From NCBI GenBank assembly GCA_016203765.1, contig JACQMB010000145.1, forward strand, positions 1,124-65,123: a stretch of 64,000 nucleotides of DNA, in the 5' to 3' direction. Every line of letters starts with the position of its first letter. Position 1 is the stretch's first letter. The notes under the pieces are model-generated. The model did no database searches. It saw only the letters and a program-made list of their open reading frames with translations, and had not been told where the DNA came from. Positions 52,003 through 60,255 of this stretch are shown here, in pieces. A program made the translations under genes and the position numbers. Origin of the DNA: Deltaproteobacteria bacterium (GTDB taxonomy: Bacteria; UBA10199; SPLOWO2-01-44-7).

Positions 52003-52664
52003 GAGGGGACCTTCAAGCCTTTCTCGTCGAAGGCGGCATCAAACGCCGCCCGGTCTTCCTCGACCAGGGGAGAGGACAAAACCATCTGATAGACATCAAG
52101 GGGTGCGGTGACGATATCGGAACCCGCGGCGACGGCCTCCGACAAGTCGGCGGGGGTTTTGATCGAGGCGGCCAGAATTTTTGCCCGGGATCGGCGCTGG
52201 GCAAGAGACTCGATGACTTGTTTCCAATCATGGCCGGCCTGCCGCAGGCGCCCGCAGAATACCGATAGGACCATGTCGCCGTCAGGGAGATGATTCAAAA
52301 GGGCCATGGAGATCAAACCTTGGGCCGGGGACTTGACGATGGTCATGTTCAAGGGGATTTCCTTCAGCAGTTGCGAGGCCGCCTGGAGGCCTTCCATCGT
52401 TGTGGGGAGTTTCACGCGCACCCGCTTGTCCCAGGAGGCCAAAACCTTGGCCTGCGCGATCATCGCTTCGGCTCCGCCGGAGCGGACCTCCAAACTGACG
52501 TCCCAGCCCTTGTCCGCGATTTCCAACAGGGCCAGGGCGTGGGATTTATAATCGAGGGACTCTTTGGCCATCAAAACCGGATTAACGGTCACTCCCGAAA
52601 TGAAACCCCAGCTCCTCGCCGTGCGAATTTGCTCCAGATTGGCCGTGTCGACAAAAAACTTCAT
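51999..52664 (-). CDS. Transaldolase family protein, fructose-6-phosphate-aldolase (FSA/TalC)-like, divergent
   Basis: This 221-aa protein starts MKFFVDTANLEQIRTARSWGFISGVTVNP. The Schiff-base Lys region is RVKLPTT. The central region differs from my recollection of canonical FSA. Confidence 0.75.
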   Translation of the reverse strand: MKFFVDTANLEQIRTARSWGFISGVTVNPVLMAKESLDYKSHALALLEIADKGWDVSLEVRSGGAEAMIAQAKVLASWDKRVRVKLPTTMEGLQAASQLLKEIPLNMTIVKSPAQGLISMALLNHLPDGDMVLSVFCGRLRQAGHDWKQVIESLAQRRSRAKILAASIKTPADLSEAVAAGSDIVTAPLDVYQMVLSSPLVEEDRAAFDAAFDEKGLKVPS

Positions 52665-53689
52665 GGTTGTGAAACCCCCAGACGCTCCGCCAGATCTCTT
52701 AATTCAGCCCATGTCTTTTCGTCAAGCGGGATTCCGGTTTCCCTCCGAATCCGTTCGCTTCGGAATTCCGGCTCTCCGGGGAGGAGAACCTCTTCCACCC
52801 CCTTTGCCCGTTCGGCTTTTTTGATCGCTTTTTGCATCCGTTCCATGTCATCCAGGAAAGGGTCCAACCCCTCACGAAAAATTTTGGGGTCCAGGACAAT
52901 AAACAAAACCCCATTGCCGATGTCGCGGTCCGCGAAGGCGGGACTGCCGGCACCCGTCAAAAATCCCCCCAGGATTTCAATCATCAGGCTGAGGGCCGAC
53001 CCCTTATGCCGGCCGATCGGGAGGAGCGCGCCTCCGTCATAAAAATCGTCCGGGCTGGTGGTCTCCTCCCCCCGCCGATTGATAGCCGTCTCCTTTTCAA
53101 GCCGTTGACCGGTGTTTCTGGCGACCCTCACCTTGCCCTCGGTGGCGAGGCTCGTGGCCAGATCGATCAGAATCGGGTTGCCGTCGCGGGAGGGGGCGGC
53201 GCACGCGATGGGGTTTGTCCCGAAGACCCGTTGGATGGCTCCAAAGGGAGCGACATTCGGCGTGCAGCCGTTGCAAAAACCGACTCCCACCATCTTCGCC
53301 TCGGCCGCCTTCAAAACGTATTCTCCGACTCTTCCGATGTGATGGGTCCGTCGCAAGCCGACCACGCCGATGCCGGTTGACCGGGCTTTTTCCATCGCGA
53401 TTTCAATGCCGTAAACGGCGATGACTTGGCCGAACCCGTGATGGCCGTCGACCATGGCAAGGGAGGGATGATCGACGACCACCGTCGGCCCCGCCTTGGG
53501 GTCGAGCTCGCCTTTTTGAATGAAACCAACGTACTGGGCTACTCTCACCACGCCGTGGGAATCGATGCCCGCCAGGTTTGCCCCCACCAGGGACTCGCTC
53601 ACTCTTTGGGCGGCCTTAGGGGGGGCCCCCGCGGCTTGAAAAATCTTTCGGGCCAAATCGGTTAAGGCCGCGGCTTGAAAAATAGGCAC
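52661..53689 (-). CDS. Ldh_2 family (malate/L-lactate/sulfolactate dehydrogenase type 2) oxidoreductase
   Basis: I propose a GTG start at 53689, preceded by AAGGAG with a 7-nt spacer. Motifs are GIDSHGVVRVAQYV and HHIGRVGEY. The ORF-track start at 53821 would run through the upstream gene's 3' end. Confidence 0.8.
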   Translation of the reverse strand: MPIFQAAALTDLARKIFQAAGAPPKAAQRVSESLVGANLAGIDSHGVVRVAQYVGFIQKGELDPKAGPTVVVDHPSLAMVDGHHGFGQVIAVYGIEIAMEKARSTGIGVVGLRRTHHIGRVGEYVLKAAEAKMVGVGFCNGCTPNVAPFGAIQRVFGTNPIACAAPSRDGNPILIDLATSLATEGKVRVARNTGQRLEKETAINRRGEETTSPDDFYDGGALLPIGRHKGSALSLMIEILGGFLTGAGSPAFADRDIGNGVLFIVLDPKIFREGLDPFLDDMERMQKAIKKAERAKGVEEVLLPGEPEFRSERIRRETGIPLDEKTWAELRDLAERLGVSQP

Positions 53690-53693
53690 GTCT

Positions 53694-54446
53694 TCACTCC
53701 TTAATGTTTTTTTCAAAAGTTTTGCGCAGGTTGTTCCAATCGTTGACACGTTCCTGCGCCAAAGCGGCCGCCGCCGGGTGCGTATCGATGAAACGAATAA
53801 TAGCTTGCAATGGAAAACCACAGCCGGGGGAATAGAGGGTTTCCAATACCGCCTTGAAAAATTGAAAATCCTCGAGATAATCCATGGTCATGCGCAGCTC
53901 GGGCCGGCGGAGTTCTTCGGCGACGGGGACGCGCTCGACCCGGTATCGCTTGTTTTTTAAAAAATACAAATCCCAGCCGTGATCCGTTTTCCCCTGATGA
54001 TTCCGGTGGCAGGTCTCCAGGGCGGAGACCTTGACCGCGTAGGGGCTGGCGCCCAACGGAAGGTCGGGACAATAGAGAAAATCGGCCCCGGTCTTTTCGT
54101 ATTGATCAATCAGGAGATCGACGTGGCAAGGATCGACAAAGATATTGTCGCTCCCCACGGTAACGAGGAAATCGACCCCGTGGGCCTGGGCGCCATGGAG
54201 CATTCGTTCAATCAGATCCTCGACACTGCCTCGGTAGAGGGCAAGCCCTTCCGCGCGTGCCAGATCGGCCAAGACGTCGTCTTCCGCCAACGGGGTGGTG
54301 GCAAGGATAAAGCATTCCGTTTTTTTTGCGTTTTTGAGGCGCTCGATTTGATACGACAAAATAGGCCGTCCCATGACCTCCAGGAGCACTTTTCCGGGAA
54401 GACGGTAGGAGTTGGTGCGGGCATACGTCAGCAGACCTGTTTTCAT
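53694..54446 (-). CDS. SpsF-like cytidylyltransferase (CTP_transf_3 family)
   Basis: The ATG at 54446 overlaps the upstream stop (ATGA). Motifs are MKTGLLTYARTNSYRLPGKVLLEVMGRPILSYQIERL and ATT...DD. Confidence 0.8.
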   Translation of the reverse strand: MKTGLLTYARTNSYRLPGKVLLEVMGRPILSYQIERLKNAKKTECFILATTPLAEDDVLADLARAEGLALYRGSVEDLIERMLHGAQAHGVDFLVTVGSDNIFVDPCHVDLLIDQYEKTGADFLYCPDLPLGASPYAVKVSALETCHRNHQGKTDHGWDLYFLKNKRYRVERVPVAEELRRPELRMTMDYLEDFQFFKAVLETLYSPGCGFPLQAIIRFIDTHPAAAALAQERVNDWNNLRKTFEKNIKE

Positions 54447-55060
54447 ACTCTGGGCCGGGAGCATCTGGCCAGGCTGAAATGGGCCGGCGAGATGCGATAA
54501 TCCTTGGGAGAATCAAAAACGACCTCCTCGAAACACGGCGTGAGAAAATTTCGGAATTCATCCGAAGTAAATTCCTTGACATGAAATTCCGTACGGGGAG
54601 CGTCTTGCTTGATAGGTGTGGTGATCAGTAATCGTCCGTCGCAAGACAGTCGTTTTAAAACACCCGCCAAAAATCTATTTTGCCGTTCCTCGGTGATGTG
54701 TTCAATCGCTTCGATACAGACGATCACATCGAATTTTTCATATTTTAGATCGCAGAAGCCTATTTGGGACAGGTCGCCTTGTTTGTAATCAATCCCTTTT
54801 TTGCCGTTTAATTTGTCTTTGGCATAGTCGATCGCCTCCTCGCTGATGTCCATCCCCACCACGGCCTTACAGCGTTTTTTTAGCAAAAGGCTTCCGTATC
54901 CGCTGCCGCACGCGGCGTCGAGAACGGTATCCGTTGGTTTGAGATGGGATTGGGCCCACAGATAGCGGCGGATATGCCTTTCGACCATATCCGTTCCGTA
55001 GTGATCGGCATATTCGATATAGATCCGCTCCGCCGTCAGGTTCGGTCTTGGCAATTCCAT
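54443..55060 (-). CDS. Class I SAM-dependent methyltransferase
   Basis: Motif I is VLDAACGSGYGSLLL, followed by DVIVCIEAIEHI. Confidence 0.85.
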   Translation of the reverse strand: MELPRPNLTAERIYIEYADHYGTDMVERHIRRYLWAQSHLKPTDTVLDAACGSGYGSLLLKKRCKAVVGMDISEEAIDYAKDKLNGKKGIDYKQGDLSQIGFCDLKYEKFDVIVCIEAIEHITEERQNRFLAGVLKRLSCDGRLLITTPIKQDAPRTEFHVKEFTSDEFRNFLTPCFEEVVFDSPKDYRISPAHFSLARCSRPRV

Positions 55061-55069
55061 CGGAGGGGT

Positions 55070-56821
55070 TTACATATCCAAGATTTTATAGATTTGTCCA
55101 GAGGCAATATGCTCTCTCGCCCGCAAGAACTGATCCATCGGCATTTTCCCGAAGTTCAGGGGTTGGCCGCTTTGGTCGTGCATGACCTTCGTCGCGTCAT
55201 CCAGCTCCAGGACATAATAATGCAAGTTCTCGTCGCAAATGGGATTGTTTTCCTCGTCATAGGCAATTCCGAAGTTTTCATGAAGCTGTTTTTTCACGGC
55301 GGGGTGGCCGAACATCTCCGTTCCCGGGTAGGCGGTCGCCACAAACATGTTTTTATTCACCGAGTCCGGGCGGTCCCCAAATTGGGAGTAAAACTCTTCC
55401 TGCCATTTGATGAAAGCCACGCTCGTTTTAAGCATCTCTAATGTTTCCCCCGGATAACCCATAATCCAGGTGCAGTTGGCGTGGATGCCGGCATGTTTGG
55501 TGTTTTTAATCCCCTCGATCATGGTCACGGGAAATTCCCATCCGTTGATTTTCTCCGTTCCATTGGCGAGGATGAATCCCCCCTTTCCCATGTATTCCAA
55601 AGACCGTTTGTCCGCCGATTCGGCCCCGAATCCGATGTAGACACAACCGGCCTGGGCCATTTGATCGACGCGAAGGGTGTTGTGTTTGACCGATTTGCCG
55701 TTTCCATTCGGCCGCAGATCGGCCGCCTCGTCCAAGCGTCCGTGGGTTCCCCACCGCAGGCCGGACCGTTCGACAAAACCTTTTAATTCGCCGGGGAGTT
55801 GCGCGATGCGATTTCTCTGCACCAAAAAGTTGTCATCCAGGATGCCCACGAAATCGACGCCGTACTTGGTGTGATAGAACTCCAGCTCCGCGCCTAAACG
55901 GTCCGCGGCCCGGACGCCGTAATTTCTCTCCCCGGTTGCCCCCCGGTAACAGTATTTGCAGGCGTAGGGACATCCTCGGCTGGAGATCGTATTGATGCTC
56001 CGGCGCATGGTGAAAGGGGTGGCCGAAGAGTTGTTGGCCGTGATTCCCCATATTTCATTTTGAAGGTAGTTTTCCAGAACCGGATAGCCGTTGATATCCT
56101 CTCTCAAAAGTTCATAGTCGGGGAGGGGAACGTCGTCCAAAGAGGAGGGCCTTCCCCCGTCGTAAATAAAACGGTGCCGGCCCAGATGCTCCCCAATATG
56201 GTAAGGTTCCAGGCATCCCCGTTGAAGGGCAGTTTGAAATCCGTGTTCTTTGATCTTTGCCGCGTCAAAAGCGATTTTGATAATGGAGAGGTCTCCCTCC
56301 GAGTGTCCCACCCCATCCAGTTCCGGAATCCAGTTGAAAAGCCCTCCCTTAAATTCAGTGGCCAGGCCGTTGCCGGAAACGAGAAAGGCATGGGGTTGAT
56401 GGCGTCTGATAAATTTAGCCGCCCTCTCTTGCCATTTTAACGTCGTGATCATGCCGGAGAGGAGAATCAAGTCCTGATCGCCGTATTTGCTGAAATATTT
56501 CATCAGGAGTTTCTGCATCTCCTCTTCGGAAAGACCTCTCTGCCGTCCGTTTTCCTTGAGGCGGTAGGCGTTCAGGTCGACGATAAGAGGTTCCACGTTA
56601 TATTTTTCGAGTTGGGCGGCCAGGAGACAAACCCCATTCGGCAGACAATTGGGCCGGGCCGATTCCCGAAGGGGCATGTTGATAAACAGAACTTTTAAAC
56701 CGGCCAGATCCTTCGCTGCAATTTTGCCGACGACCGTTTGCGGGTGGACATAGGGTTTTAGGGGCTTGGGAGTTATCATTGGGTTCATAAATTCACAAGA
56801 GGCTAATAAAGTACTCTCCAT
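55070..56821 (-). CDS. B12-binding-domain radical SAM protein (class B-like)
   Basis: The N-terminal domain is Rossmann-like and cobalamin-type (LKVLFINMPL...DLILLSGMITT). The radical SAM cluster is SSRGCPYACKYCYRG. The start is ambiguous (56821, 56788 or 56779), and none has a clear RBS. Confidence 0.8.
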   Translation of the reverse strand: MESTLLASCEFMNPMITPKPLKPYVHPQTVVGKIAAKDLAGLKVLFINMPLRESARPNCLPNGVCLLAAQLEKYNVEPLIVDLNAYRLKENGRQRGLSEEEMQKLLMKYFSKYGDQDLILLSGMITTLKWQERAAKFIRRHQPHAFLVSGNGLATEFKGGLFNWIPELDGVGHSEGDLSIIKIAFDAAKIKEHGFQTALQRGCLEPYHIGEHLGRHRFIYDGGRPSSLDDVPLPDYELLREDINGYPVLENYLQNEIWGITANNSSATPFTMRRSINTISSRGCPYACKYCYRGATGERNYGVRAADRLGAELEFYHTKYGVDFVGILDDNFLVQRNRIAQLPGELKGFVERSGLRWGTHGRLDEAADLRPNGNGKSVKHNTLRVDQMAQAGCVYIGFGAESADKRSLEYMGKGGFILANGTEKINGWEFPVTMIEGIKNTKHAGIHANCTWIMGYPGETLEMLKTSVAFIKWQEEFYSQFGDRPDSVNKNMFVATAYPGTEMFGHPAVKKQLHENFGIAYDEENNPICDENLHYYVLELDDATKVMHDQSGQPLNFGKMPMDQFLRAREHIASGQIYKILDM

Positions 56822-56921
56822 TAGTCAAGCGGATGCTAAGAGAAATATGCGGACATCAGGAATGGCATGCTGTGTCCTAAATGCTTGTAATTTTCTTCCA
56901 TTATTGTATAGATTACTCCCG
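56822..56921. promoter_or_regulatory. AT-rich divergent intergenic region between two head-to-head B12-radical SAM genes, with a candidate sigma70-like promoter
   Basis: This is the only sizeable non-coding gap at a strand switch. On the plus strand, TTGTAA (56885-56890), a 16-nt spacer and TATAGA (56907-56912) place a putative start site within about 10 nt of the ATG at 56922, which would give a near-leaderless transcript. This is pattern-matching only. Confidence 0.3.
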
Positions 56922-58985
56922 ATGCGTAAAGTTAAAATATATTTTGGAGACTTAGTCCATACTTGGGAAAAAACAAGTATTTGGACCATGCCGTTAAATA
57001 TCGGGTTTATTGCGGAATATGCAAAAAAGCATATTGAAAATGAATTAGAAATTCGCCTTTTTAAATGTCCCACAAAGATGATAGACGCCATTAAAGGTGA
57101 CGCGCCGGATGTGGTTGCGCTTAGTCATTATGTGTGGAATACAAGCTTAAATAAATTAGTTTTTCAAATAGCAAAACAACAAAATCAAAATACTTTGACA
57201 GTAGGGGGCGGTCCATCCTTTACCAATCTAAATGCGATTCCAGAAGTGGCGGCACCCTTTTTTAAACACCACAAGTACTGTGATGCATGGGTTCTCAACC
57301 AAGGAGAGCTGGGTTTTGTTGGTTTAATGAAATCTTTTATAAATTCAGGGCTAAATACTCCAAAAATCAAATCCAACCCCATTGATGGTTGTTTTACCGT
57401 TGATGGAAAGGATAGCAGTGAGACGACCATTGGAAAAGTTTTGAACTCTATTCTCAATCTTGACGAAATCCCCTCGCCATATCTCAGTGGATTGTTTGAC
57501 GAGTTTTTTGATGGGTCGATCACTCCTATTTTGGAATCCAATCGTTCTTGTCCCTATAGATGTACGTTTTGTGCTTTTGGAATTGGAACGCAAAAGCTGG
57601 CTAGATTTAGCGAAGAACGGATTTACGCTGAAATTGACTACATAACGGATCGGTGTGCCAAGGGAGCTACAATTATTTTTTCCGATGCGAATTTCTCGAT
57701 TTTAGAGCGGGATGTGCAAATTGCAAGATATCTTTACCAAAGCCATGTTAAGAAAGGAACTCCGGGGCACGTTTTTGTTTATTGGAATAAATCAAATCCT
57801 GAACGTGTGTTGCGCACCGCCAAGGAATTTCAAGGTATTTCTCAGGTTGGGGCTTCTATGCAAACATTCCATCCGGATACTCTGACGGCAATTAAACGGC
57901 GCAATCTCCCCATCGATTCCGTTGTTCGCATGGCTGAAGAACTTTTAAACTTTAAAAAGGATATCCATTTGTACTCCGACCTTATTGTTGGGTTGCCAAT
58001 GGAGACTTGGGAAAGTCATCTTGAAGCGAATAAAAAGCTTATGGATCTTGGATTTGAAGTTTTAAACTTCAATCTACATCTTATTCCTGGAACAGAAATG
58101 GAAAGTAAATCGCATCGGCAACAATATATTAGAAAAACAGGCTGGCGATTACATGACAATGCATTTGGAATATATGACGATCAAAAAGTTTTTGAGTGTC
58201 AAGAAGTGGTTTTGGAAACAACTACAATGACCCGGACGGAACTTCATTCTTTTCGCTTTCTTCACTATTTGTTTCAGTTTATGTGGGGCAGACGATGGTA
58301 TTATGACTATTTAATGTATGTTAAAAGTCTGGGCATTCATCCTGCCGATATGATGGTTAAAATGGCAAAAGAAGCCCAATATCAATCGGGACCGGTCGGA
58401 AAGCTCTATGCTAATTTTAATCGTGACCATAGCTACGAACAATTTGATACCTCTGAAGAACTCATTGAATTTTGGTCGCAACCGGAAAATTTTTTAAGAC
58501 TAAAGACAAGCGATTATGGAAAGTTAAATTACCATTATTCCTATGTTGCCATTTTGGAATGTCCCGAAGAGTTTACGAATTTTATACTCGCAGTCACCCA
58601 GAGCGTCTTGGAGAAGAAAAAAGACGGTCATTTCGAAACCAAATTAAATCAATGCCGTGAGGTGTTGCAATTTTGTTTAGATAAGAGAGTAAAATTTACC
58701 CGGCAGCTTGAACCTCTTCGCATGCAAACAATCAACTATGCCAATAATTGGGTGGATTGGAAAAATGCTAAATGCTTGGGAGAGGTAAAAAGAGAAGGGA
58801 CTCAAGTGGAATTTTATCTTCCGGAAAAACAAGAAAGGCTGTTAAAATATCAACTGAACCAATATAAGTCTAATAATAAATATCTTACGCTCAGGAAAAT
58901 GAGTGAATATACCAGTCCTGAGCAGTTTTTTTATAAGGCTCGCATTTTTTCATCGGCCAAGAGTACTCAAATGGAAGCGGCATAA
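56922..58985 (+). CDS. B12-binding-domain radical SAM protein (class B-like), low-GC
   Basis: I prefer the ATG at 56922; the ORF-track start at 56766 lies inside the divergent gene. The N-terminal domain reads KVKIYFGDL...DVVALSHYVWN, and the cluster is SNRSCPYRCTFCAFG. Confidence 0.8.
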   Translation: MRKVKIYFGDLVHTWEKTSIWTMPLNIGFIAEYAKKHIENELEIRLFKCPTKMIDAIKGDAPDVVALSHYVWNTSLNKLVFQIAKQQNQNTLTVGGGPSFTNLNAIPEVAAPFFKHHKYCDAWVLNQGELGFVGLMKSFINSGLNTPKIKSNPIDGCFTVDGKDSSETTIGKVLNSILNLDEIPSPYLSGLFDEFFDGSITPILESNRSCPYRCTFCAFGIGTQKLARFSEERIYAEIDYITDRCAKGATIIFSDANFSILERDVQIARYLYQSHVKKGTPGHVFVYWNKSNPERVLRTAKEFQGISQVGASMQTFHPDTLTAIKRRNLPIDSVVRMAEELLNFKKDIHLYSDLIVGLPMETWESHLEANKKLMDLGFEVLNFNLHLIPGTEMESKSHRQQYIRKTGWRLHDNAFGIYDDQKVFECQEVVLETTTMTRTELHSFRFLHYLFQFMWGRRWYYDYLMYVKSLGIHPADMMVKMAKEAQYQSGPVGKLYANFNRDHSYEQFDTSEELIEFWSQPENFLRLKTSDYGKLNYHYSYVAILECPEEFTNFILAVTQSVLEKKKDGHFETKLNQCREVLQFCLDKRVKFTRQLEPLRMQTINYANNWVDWKNAKCLGEVKREGTQVEFYLPEKQERLLKYQLNQYKSNNKYLTLRKMSEYTSPEQFFYKARIFSSAKSTQMEAA

Positions 58986-59015
58986 AAGTAGGAATTTTCT
59001 GAGAGGGAAGGGCCA

Positions 59016-60218
59016 GTGGAGTTTCCCGGCGTGAGTTGGTTTGAAAACAATCCAAAGAAGAGTTTTTTGATATTTTTTTTGGCAGTGTTTTTGTTGGCAG
59101 AATGTGTATTGCAAGCGGTTTATTTTTTTATTGAAAAGAAGAATGAAATTTATAAACCAATCCCATTACGTAGTTCCCGTTTAACATATACTGAATACAT
59201 TCCAAATATTAGCTTTGTCAGATTTCTTCCATCTGATCACCATCCTCCGGTTTTCAGCCATGTTAACGCAATGGGTATTCGGGTAGGAAAGAGGGCAGAA
59301 CGGCTTAATAGCAAAAAAAACTATAGAGTTCTGAATGTTGGGGACTCTTTTGTGCAGTCTGAACAAATTCCTTTTGAGCAGACTTTTGGAGAGCTTTTAA
59401 ATCATCATTTTGGGTACGATATTGAATTTGTCTCTCATGGCATAAGGCGGTGGGCTCCAACCGTTGAATTTGCATGGGTTTACCATGTGGGAGTGCATTT
59501 AGATCCCGACGAAGTGAATCTGTTTTTGTGCATTAATGATTTTCCACGGAAACGACACTACCACTTTACAGACCAGACTTATCGAGAGACGGCCATTTAT
59601 AATGGTTCTGTTCCCGTTGGGTTTGAAATGCAAGAGGGAGTAGAAGTCAATGATAGGGATAGAACATTCAAATCAAAGATAATAAATAATATTCGAATAG
59701 TATCTTTGCTTTATCATGGTACTTATCAACCACTAAAGAAATGGTTGGGAAAAAAGCTCAGAAAAGATGAAAATTCGGATCTGTCGGGATTCGGGAATGA
59801 AGCGATCCTTCTTTCACAACCTGTCACGCAATGGCCGAAGGATTTGAAGGAGAATGTAGATGAAACAATGGAGGTTGTAAAAAATCTTCATGCTTTTCTT
59901 GTAAAAAGGGGCATCCGTTTAAATGTATTGATGGTTGCCGTTGGGTTTGGTTGGAAAGATGAAGCGGGCCCCGGCAAAGAAGCTTATGGTTGGAACAAAG
60001 ATGCTACTCTTTCTCAAGAAGGGATTGAAAAATACTTACAAGAGTTTTTAAAACAGGCAAATATTCCTTTTATTGATATCCGCAGTGCGTTTGAAAAATA
60101 TAAACGTTTAAATCCGCACAAAGCGCTTTTTTTTCCGCTGGACGGCCATTGGAATGAAGAGGGGCATTCAGTTGTTTTTGATGTTCTTAGAAAGCATTAC
60201 GAGCAAGAGCGGAAATAA
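59016..60218 (+). CDS. SGNH/AlgX-AlgJ-like putative polysaccharide O-acyltransferase or esterase with an N-terminal TM helix
   Basis: The GTG start is preceded by GAGAGGGAAGG. It has an N-terminal hydrophobic helix, the block I motif LNVGDSFVQSE and a DxHW-type motif near the C-terminus (FPLDGHWNEEGH). Confidence 0.6.
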   Translation: MEFPGVSWFENNPKKSFLIFFLAVFLLAECVLQAVYFFIEKKNEIYKPIPLRSSRLTYTEYIPNISFVRFLPSDHHPPVFSHVNAMGIRVGKRAERLNSKKNYRVLNVGDSFVQSEQIPFEQTFGELLNHHFGYDIEFVSHGIRRWAPTVEFAWVYHVGVHLDPDEVNLFLCINDFPRKRHYHFTDQTYRETAIYNGSVPVGFEMQEGVEVNDRDRTFKSKIINNIRIVSLLYHGTYQPLKKWLGKKLRKDENSDLSGFGNEAILLSQPVTQWPKDLKENVDETMEVVKNLHAFLVKRGIRLNVLMVAVGFGWKDEAGPGKEAYGWNKDATLSQEGIEKYLQEFLKQANIPFIDIRSAFEKYKRLNPHKALFFPLDGHWNEEGHSVVFDVLRKHYEQERK

Positions 60219-60255
60219 AAGAGTTAAAAAAACAGTCCTGGAGGGGAAGGCGCGC

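Noticed and set aside
51999-52664. The transaldolase/FSA-like gene, the transketolase genes (61561-63293) and the HisF/HisH-like genes read as ordinary central-metabolism genes that happen to be here.
   Set aside because: All are embedded by start/stop overlaps in glycan-modification operons. The transketolase is the split two-subunit form, and the FSA-like protein is divergent. Housekeeping roles cannot be excluded without the rest of the genome, so the calls are kept at family level.
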